DNA of 57,158 bases, counting the filler, from Sluysia triapertura (taxonomy: Eukaryota), in assembly GCA_046118255.1 (NCBI GenBank). It is 5 parts of 5 records of this genome, joined end to end, with 100 filler letters (N's around TTAATTAATTAA, not from the genome) between each part and the next. Parts side by side here need not be neighbours in the genome. Positions count along the whole stretch, not along the records: positions 45,505 to 57,158 come from JBJNIA010182403.1; 4 more parts are not named here. One strand, 5' to 3'. A program made the position numbers and the translations under genes. The notes under the pieces were generated by a model. It saw only the letters and a program-made list of their open reading frames with translations. It made no database searches and was not told the DNA's origin. This document shows, in pieces, positions 47,961 through 57,158 of the stretch. How positions within the stretch are numbered: position 1 is the first letter of the stretch; the number at the start of each line of letters is the position of its first letter.

Positions 47961-50900
47961 TAAATTTAAAATACCCTAATTCTCATTTACTATTATTATA
48001 CGTTTATTATGATTATAATTATAATAATTATTATTATTAAAATTGTTATTATAATTTTTTGAAAATTTATTATATTATTATAAAATTAATATTGTTATTA
48101 CATTCTTTATAAGGAAGTAATGCAAAAACAATTATTATAGCAATGTTAGGGTTCGAAAGAGTTAAGATATGTTAAAATTAATTAAATATCTATTCAGGCT
48201 ATATTGTTAAGTTACAAGGATTTACAAATGAAATAGTCTGTCAGATATGCATCTAAAATTAAATGAATAATCAAAAAATAAATTAAATATAAATATTAAA
48301 TTAATAATAAAAAGACAATTTAAAATTAAAAATTAAAAATAATAAATAATAATGAAAATTAAATTAATAATATTAATTCAATTAAAAATTTAACTTAAAA
48401 ATTAATATTAAGAAATAATTAAACAGTACGGAAATTATAAATTGAATAATGACATGATTTCCTAATGAAAGCCCACAAACACAATTATTTTTAATTAACT
48501 TATGTGATCAGAGTCTTACACAGGATTTTTAAATATAAAATACTTAGCTGAGGTCGAATGCCTAAAAACAGATGTTCTATTCTTAGAATGAATAGAACGT
48601 TAGAAATGCTGCAATTATACAACTTTACTAATTTTATTTCGTTTGTTATATTATTTAATTTTTATTATCTATTTAGGATTTATTTTCTAGGACGAAAACT
48701 AAGATATCATTTTCGTATTTAAACTGATGTAGAAAAACTTTATAAAAACGATTTTATAAGGTTAAAACTATAATTTAAGTCTTTATATTTTGAATCCTAT
48801 TAAAAAGGATTTATAAAAATGGTGCACGTGGATTTTGTGTTTGGGTGTTTAAAAAATCTATTGACTATTTATGAATTTATATATATAATGTCAAAAAACA
48901 TGTGGATTTTATTAATTTAAAATTTTAAACACGTTAAAAGATTACTAATACATTTTAATTTTTTAATTAATGATTTTTAGTATGATTTTAAACCTATAAA
49001 TCTAGGTTTCTAGCCTAATAATGTTATTATTATATTTTATTAGTATTATTGTTATTATATTAATTATTTTATTTACAATGCTATTCTTCTTACGCTTTTA
49101 TTATTATTATTTACAGTTTATTATTATTTTTATTATAGTATGACGTTAGGTTTAGATTTTATCAATAATAAAAATTATTAATACAATCAATAATTGAAAA
49201 TTAAAAATTAACATTGATAATAATTATTATAGAAATTAATAAAATTTATAATGAAAAATAATTATAAATTTAGCACGTTCTTGGACATTATAATATTAAA
49301 ATTTATAATAAGGATTGATGATATCATTATTAATAATAATAGTGAGAATAATAATGATAAGAAAGATTATAAGCAGATAAGTCCCATACGACACAAAAGC
49401 TGGTACTTAGAAATTATTGCTTATGATATTTTTATATAGCATATTAAAGGGCTCTAAAAACATTAAAATATGTTTCCAGGTATAAAATTGATAAAAGTGC
49501 ATTTAAATAATTTAACTGAATTGGTTTTGAAAATTAACTTTGGATTGAACTGGTGTGTGTTGTCCCAGTGACATAAGTTACTTTTGTTACCATGTACAAT
49601 TACAAATTTACACAAAATCCATCCACTAACATTTCCAACATTTCGTAACCTCATCTCACATCATACAAACCACAGACACATACGACACATAAACCTATAC
49701 ACGATTCACAAACAAAACATTTGATACCTTTCACAAATTTTGAAACATTTTCATACGGTCAATATATATTTGAAACTTCACAGTAAATTATACGCAAACT
49801 CCAACAAAAATTTATATTACTAACACATCATCCTACGCCAAATTCAGCTCACAGATTATTAATTTACCACTTTAAACATAACTACAAAGCATAAAGCTTT
49901 GAACCATAAAATTTTATAATAAAATTAATGTAATCATCCTAAAATCATAATAATCAAATACATTTTCTTTTTTGATGTAATGTGATCTAATACGTTTCTT
50001 TTTGTATGGTATCGTTCCCATCTCCAATAACGCCAATACGGGTCACATTATTGCTGTGTTACTGTGATTATGGTTTTATTGTTTTTGTTGTACTATACAT
50101 TTGTCATATAGCACGAAACATTGTAGTATTTCTGAAAGACCCACGGAACCTATAAAAGCAAAATGTGTTCAATATTTAGACAGGACAGAAAAACTAAAAG
50201 AACATTTAAATAAGTCATCTGTAAAAGAAACAAAACAAAATTTAAATACAAAGAAAGTTTAAATGAAATTTCATATATATATTTTATCTTTTTTTGTTTT
50301 AATATTAAAATTTACAAGTAATTCGTAAAACTAAATTCGTACTCTTTAAAACTAGAAAAGTCCACAGAAAGCGTTTCAGAAGAAATATTTTTATGTTTAC
50401 CAAAAGTTCACATGAACTTTTAAGAAAAATATAAATGTTACAAAGTAGAGCCAAAGATAAGTCACAAAAACATGAAAGCACGTGTTGTAGACTTTAAACA
50501 AGTAAATACTAAAAATAATTTAGATGATGTAAATGAAGTTACTTTTATTTTAAATATTCAAAAAAATGGGATGTTGTGCGATGATGATTTTCCAAATAAA
50601 TTGTTTTCAAGTTATATTACATTAAAAGCGAAGCTGAAGGATCGGAAAGCGGCTAAACTAGTTCAAAAAAATCAAGAATCTCACTCGAGCATATATTGCT
50701 AAGCTTTGTGCTTCATATTTAAATCAAATTGCCGTGGTTTTACGTGAACTTGACGGTGCTGACGGAAATGCAATCACTTCTTACGATCAAGGGTTTAGTT
50801 GGAAATTCCACTGTGGGCCAGGTTTCAATAATTTTATGAAGTTGAACATTTTAACTAGTTTTGATTTTTATAACAAAATTCAATTCAAAATTTGTGGTGT

Positions 50901-52340
50901 TTTTATTTGTACTAAGTCTTCAATAAATGGAATTAGCTATTCTTGGTTTTTATTCAATTCAATAATTTGTTTTTTAAAGGATCTTAAGTCCTTCCTTTTT
51001 GGTTTTAATAAAAGTACAAAATTTTTACTGAAGTTAAAACATATTTTAAAAATGTCGTAATAAAGTTTATAAAGAAAAAACCAATGCTTTTATTTGTTGT
51101 TACAATGGTAGATTCCAAACTACAGTGATGCTCATCACTAATTAGACCTAATTCAAAGTGTGTAAATGTCTATGGAAACTTCGTGTTTTAAGTAAAGCAT
51201 TCTTAATGATAATTCCCACATGATATTTAAATTTAAAATAAAGTAAATGAAATGGAAATATAATATTTAAGAAATATTTTTGAATCTCAAGAATTTTTGA
51301 CGATTGTTAATTTTTACTATTATCAAAATGCTTTCCCAGATTATTGTTCAGTTCAAGCATTTCAGACTCACAAAGATCACGATATATTTTAATTCATTAC
51401 TCAAATACAAATCGAACAAACATAAACAACCGTTTAATTTTGTTAGTATTTTTAACAAATAGCGTCCGATAATAATTGTTATTAGAACTACAGAAAAAAT
51501 AAATTCATCGTAATAATATAATTACTTAAAAAAAATAATTAAATCAATCAATTCTGGATTAAAAATAATCATTGCTATAATCATTTGGATCAATTGTTAC
51601 CATATCTTATTGGAACATTTATATCCGACAGCAAACCACAATAATTTGGCTTTAGATTATTATTATTATTTTATTATTATTATGTACAATGACTAAATTA
51701 GATTTATAATTAAATAAAAGCTGTTTCAAATTATTATTAATTTTTATTATTGTTTTTTACATTTATTATTAATTTTTATTATTATGTATTATTATTAATT
51801 TCTAATATTATTATTAAATTTTATTATCACTTTTATTATTAATTTTTATTATTATTTTTATTGTTGTTATTATTTTATCATTAATTTTATTTATTATGAT
51901 TATTATTATTTTATCAATACTTTATTATTTTTTTGTTTTTATGAATAAAAAATTCAAAAAATTACAAAATACAGAAATTTAATGGCTAACAATAATGAAA
52001 TTGGCTCTTATAATTCTTCAAATGCTCAACCACAAACTGTCTAGTTAAATTATAGTAATAATAATCAGTATGGTATGTCGGACACTTCTTTAGCATCTTA
52101 TATATTGCCTGTTACAATTTTAAATAATGAAAACTTTGCGTTTTACAATGATCCTGAAAATGAGTCAGTTGATATTAACGAAAATTAGTTAAATTCAAAG
52201 GATAAGGTTAATTTTAAAAAATCTGTTTGTTATTAGATTTGTAGCTAATAAAGTTTTTCATAATGCTGGATGTTCAAATCAAATTTGGCGACGACGACGA
52301 TGATAAGGGCGACTGCTTGACTGCTGCGGCGGCGATGTGT

Positions 52341-52655
52341 ATTACGATTTAAAAGTTAATGTTATAAAGTGTTATTATTTTAATGTAGAAAATCCAAGTA
52401 ATCACTACTACTTAAAAGTTAATGCTATAAAGTGTTATTATTTTAATGTAGAAAATCCAAGTAATCATTACGACTTCAAAGTTAACGTTATAAAGTGTTA
52501 TTATTTTAAAATAGAGAATCCAAGTAATCATTACGACTTAAAAGTTAATGTTATAAAGTGTTATTATTTTAAAGTAGAGAATTTAAGTAACGATTACGAC
52601 TTAAAAGTTAATGCTATAAAGTGTTATTATTTTAAAGTAGAGAATCCAAGTAATG
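52341..52655 (+). repeat. 63-bp tandem repeat, 5 units
   Basis: Units start at 52341, 52404, 52467, 52530 and 52593; one frame reads YDLKVNVIKCYYFKVENPSNH. Confidence 0.97.
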
Positions 52656-53759
52656 TTTACCGAGGACCTCTTGGTACTACAGCATGTCATACGTCAGCCT
52701 CTCATTTGGTAACCGACCATACTCATGTCGAAAATTATAAACTTGTGAACGTTTTCGGTGATATTGATGGAGCGAATCGTACTTTTTGGTATAAAACCTT
52801 GCAATTTAATAAACTTTTATACAATACAAATTGCTATGTTTACTTTTCTTATAAATACAATAACGTTGTGTCTTATTTTCTTTTAATTATTATTGATGAA
52901 TCGCGATTAATAAATTTTAACTATTTAAAACTAATGAGTTATAAAATTGAATTTCATTGTAACTTAAATAACAATAATCGGCTATCCTTAGACCCAGAAC
53001 TTCCAACGACAATTATCACCAAAATGATCACACAGACTCCAACGAAATCACTGATTATTAGTGATTAATAGAAAATGCAGCCGTTACACTAATATAGATA
53101 TTTGGCTTTCTTTTTATTGCCTTTATGATGTTTGCATTGATGTCACAATATGCTTTATGTAATCATTTAACTTTTAAAAGGTTATTACTTCAAAAAGATG
53201 AAGATGATAGAAATAACAATAAAACTCTAAGAACAAGGATAATAACAGTCATAAGATGCGAGAAACAATAATCATGCATAAAAATAAAGAATCATACATA
53301 CATACACGTATATATGTGTATGCAAACAGGAGAGTGGAAAAGTAATATAATTTCGACAATAATAAAATTATAATGATAACAATCATGAGGTTAAAATTAT
53401 AATAGAATTATTACGTGGTTTGATGTAATAATGATGAAAGAATTATTATTATCAGAATTATTATTGTTATAGAAATTATGATAAAAATAAATATAACTAA
53501 TGAAAATTATGCACAATGACTATGTTTGTGTTTTGAATGAATGGAGTAATTTCTTTAGCATTTTGTTTGTGTAAGAAATGTGTTTGTGATTTTGATGTGA
53601 AAATTATCAGTTCACTACATTATTTAAATAACTTTTTATTATGAACATTATATTAATATTATTATTATTGCTAATAATAATAATAAAAATAAATAATTCC
53701 TGCTAATATGATGCTTGGATATAAAAATTTGTTTCGTTACTGATGTATATATAAAAAAT

Positions 53760-54040
53760 AACTGTGTTATTTCTAAAATTCGATCGACTTGTTATTGAAA
53801 ATGAACCTAATATTAAATGTGCCCATCCACATAATGATTTAAATGATGCATCTGAATCAGTCGAATCTTTTATGTTTAGAGTATTATTTTGGCCGTCTAT
53901 ACATTTCATCATTTGTACTTCGTCAACAACAATGATAAATGTTCAACAATATAACGTTTTGTATAAAATCTTATTATAATAGCTGTTTTTGCTGATTTAG
54001 GTAATCCAGCAATAAAATTATTATTTGGTACGGTCTTTTA
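53760..54040 (-). pseudogene. Degenerate P-loop NTPase/helicase-like fragment
   Basis: FIAGLPKSAKT (Walker A-like), then after a frameshift TFIIVVDEVQ (Walker B-like). Confidence 0.35.
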
Positions 54041-54759
54041 CTTATTAAGACATCACAATAAACTTAAAATCTTTTGTAATCATTATTTCCCACCGCCATT
54101 TAATTAGGGAAATTTTAATTTTTAAAATCATTCAATTAATAAATTAATAGCTTTAAGGCCTTAATTTAAAATATTTACACAAATTAATTTTTCTTTTATA
54201 TATTTAATGCTGAATATATGTACTTGCTTTATAATTGATATTAAAACCTTGTGATTATTAATAAAATTTACTTTAATAATTCTTGTTTTGACAATATGTT
54301 CAGTGATAAGTTCAAGTTTGCCACATCTAGAGCAATTTAATTAATTTCCTAATTTGAATTAAAGTAAATTCTTTTGTACAAAGACTCTCTATTAAGAAAT
54401 TTAAGCAGCTAAAGAATAAACGAATAAATGGCAATCTACACATTTAGTTACTGAACCCTGCTCATAATTATTGTCCAAAGATCGAAAAAAATGATAACCC
54501 AAATAACTATCAGTTACAAAAGAAGTAGATGGGGATCTCCGGAATTATCTATTATAAGACGTATAAGATCATTCACTATCAAAAATAATGTTATTAATAT
54601 TTAATCTACATTTAAATATATTTTTATATTTAGTGTTTGGTCTTTAATAATAATATATTTGGTCTTCATATTTAATAATTTAATATTTTTTTCTTTAAAT
54701 TTTGTTGAAAGAAAGCCTAATTTGCTCAAATTAATTTTTGTTATATTAATAAAAATTAT

Positions 54760-55310
54760 GTGTAGTTGTTGGGATTAGTGAAGGGTAAATGTAGATATAA
54801 AGGTTCAAGACTCAAAGTAACAGAATAAGGTGAAAGTTATTGAGGAATTGAGATAGGGGATTATGATGAATTGCAATGATAAGATAAGTATATGAAATAT
54901 TTGAATCAAGATAAAACAATGAGAAATACGAAGAAATAACTTTTTACAAGATTTTATTTGTTAAAATACTAAAGTACATTTGTTAATTAACTTAATTAAA
55001 ATTTATTTAATTTGATAACTGAATAAAAATGTTTGCTTATGATATAATGATATTAAATTTAGTGTATAATGTTGAGTTTTATTATTGGTTTTAGTAATGA
55101 AGTGTTGCGAAGCACGTCGACGTGGATAACTTAAAAATGAGTTATTTTAATTAATTTTGTAATTTAAAATTAAAGATTAAATATATTCCGATGTCTAAGT
55201 ATTAATAAAGTTTGTATCAAATTGATGCTTATAAAGGGACTAATTCAAATATGTTATTAAACTTGACGTACAACATACGTTTGACGCACATCGTATTAAT
55301 TCAGAATACT
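54760..55310 (-). mobile_element. Decayed Penelope-like remnant, same family as ~940-1200
   Basis: Aligns with 945-1200 (agcatcaattt, tacttag.cat, taattaaaataact, tcgacgtg.ttcg); reads FLSYPRRRASQHF. Confidence 0.55.
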
Positions 55311-55442
55311 CCTGTGAGAAATAGATTTATTATTTCATAAATTGTATCTTTAAATTAAGTTGACAAATTACGTTATTAGTATAATAGCATTGTAACAATG
55401 ATTTTAAATTTTAATTAGGTGATATTAAGAAGTTAAAGAGAT

Positions 55443-56131
55443 TGTTTACCACAAATCCTATTATCTTTAAATAAGTAAAATGAGATTGAATTTGAGCATA
55501 GACGGAAATTGCTGCTGAAATTCAATCAGAAAAATTAGTCGGCTTATTACCGACTAAAAGAGAATAGACAGCTTCAATTTCCATCTTGTTCAATTTCTGA
55601 TTTTTAAATTCTTAAAAGCATCATAAACTGTTACATAAACATTTACATTTTTGAATAAAGTTAGGAAAAAAGAAAAGAGATAGAGCTAAGACTTAAGAAG
55701 ATTAAAAGAAACTTTCTAGCTTTAGGGATGCTGCTTCAGTTCATCAGTGGATAACGGTGGAACTGAAGTTATTTCTTTAGCAATCAGCTAAAATTAAATA
55801 GTTTAGTATAAAGTAAGAATAAAAGTTAGTGAATTATTTTGTATTGATTTTATTTTGTATTAATGCGGGTGCGAAGATTTAAGTTGTGTTACCCATGGTT
55901 GTGATTTGTTTTTATGTTGTCATAAAGAATAATTTATAATATTGTTATATAGAATAATTTGTATTTTGTTATAAAGAGTACTTTCTATTGTTGTTGTTAT
56001 AAAGACTAATTTATATTGTTTAGTTGTAATTTTGTGATAATTCAAAGAATATATCGAGATTCAGAATTTGTTTAATCATTGAGTTTTTAATTTATACTTT
56101 GTAAAATAAAAAAAGTATAAAAGACACAACA
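55443..56131 (+). mobile_element. Solo-LTR-like repeat
   Basis: TGTTTACCAC...AAAAGACACAACA, internal ~24-bp subrepeats, AATAAA at ~56105; same family as 42265-42757. Confidence 0.65.
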
Positions 56132-56559
56132 TAGGTCATAAAAATATTGTAAAATTAAAATCGACTAGAATATGTTCCAAAAAATTATGCAAATATATTT
56201 AAAACAAAAAATTTTAGTAGAAAAATGTTTTTTGGGTATAATGTGGTACCATTCGTAGATTCGGTGTTAAGAGTTTTCGAAAAATTAAACAATATTAAAG
56301 ACTTTATGATGTTGATCTTATAATTATACTTTATGTTAATCATATTGACGTAAAATACAAAATTTGTAAAATACAAAAACTAAAGCATGTAAATAATCAA
56401 ACATTAAATTCCATTTTTAATTTTAATTAATAGATTGATAATGAACAATTTTAAGGAAAAATTAAAAATAATTCACAAAAGCATTGTTTATATTAAAAAA
56501 ATAAAATAAAAAATTCAATTCTTCAATTTGATAAATCTAAGGATTAAAAAATAATCCAG

Positions 56560-56795
56560 TTAATCATCATTGTTTTTATCGTCTTCAGCTGCAAAACGTT
56601 CTAAAGTATCAGCATTAATGTTCAATAATGTTTCCAATAACTTCATATCCACTTTACCGAAATGACTTTTATCGTCTTCATCAACAACTATTTTCCACAC
56701 TTTTGAAGTCTGTATAAGAAATAATTCATATTCATTAATATGTTGCGTTTTGCTAACACTTTTATCTTCCCAAATTATTAAATTAAACTCAACAT
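56560..56795 (-). CDS. Unknown coding fragment or terminal exon with a WKIVVDEDD motif
   Basis: tttag acceptor, then 77 stop-free codons of protein-like composition ending in TAA; absent from the supplied ORF track. Confidence 0.45.
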
Positions 56796-56809
56796 CTAAA
56801 TAAATTAAA

Positions 56810-56970
56810 AATCTAGATATATTTTTTATGTTATCACAAGATTACAACTAAAATATATAAATTATTCTTTATAACAATGACAATACAAATTATTCTTTAT
56901 AATGTAAATTATTTTTTTAAAGACAAATCACAACCACGGACGACACAATTTATTTAAATTTTAGCATCCG
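56810..56970 (-). repeat. Partial copy of the solo-LTR-like family
   Basis: ttatcacaagattacaac.aaaata.ataaattattctttataacaatg...aagacaaatcacaacc, shared with ~42355-42450. Confidence 0.8.
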
Positions 56971-57158
56971 TATTGTAATGAATTACTATTGATATTGATT
57001 TGACTATTGATTAATAATACTGATACTTTGATCACATTATTCACATTATTATTTGTTTTGAATTATATGCAAATTACATCATTATTATTATTGGTCATTA
57101 CTATCACTTTATTATTTGAATTATTATTGATTTTTTCTTTCTAATTCATAAAAATTAT

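Noticed and set aside
50100-51400. Possible hAT transposase remnant (CASYLN resembling HCxxHxLNL)
   Set aside because: Only one degenerate motif and no termini found
52341-52655. CRISPR-like array
   Set aside because: Units are head-to-tail with no unique spacers; eukaryotic context and no cas genes

Overview
Very AT-rich eukaryotic (metazoan) genomic DNA; a lophotrochozoan or flatworm-like origin is only inferred from the GPCR and ARM-like families. The window is not contiguous. Four artificial 100-bp linkers (44 N + TTAATTAATTAA + 44 N) join five roughly 11-12 kb contigs (1-10768, 10869-22611, 22712-34205, 34306-45404, 45505-57158), so nothing should be inferred across them. Host genes: the first four exons of an SLC5 (SMCT/NIS/SMVT-like) symporter, a bromodomain exon, an ARM-like helical protein, an N-terminal SF3A3/PRP9 fragment ending in a microsatellite, two ATP13A1 (P5A ATPase) exons, an intronless class A GPCR broken by one extra base in a T8 run, and RMI2 (ATG-only first exon, 38-nt intron). 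Most remaining DNA is decayed mobile elements: a ~1 kb DD34E IS630/Tc1 element with TIRs, Tc1, mariner, plant-type DD39D, pogo/Tigger, piggyBac MITEs, a Gypsy integrase, Penelope-like GIY-YIG remnants and solo-LTR-like repeats. There are also (AAT)n microsatellites and a 63-bp tandem array. I cannot demonstrate a new biological system. The best leads are (i) a repeat that starts with TGTT and carries an internal tRNA-Ala-like Pol III unit, (ii) an orphan six-unit perfect heat-shock element in a YY1/CCAAT cassette with no HSP gene nearby, (iii) a DD39D transposon in an animal, and (iv) two P-loop/Walker-B-like fragments of unknown origin.
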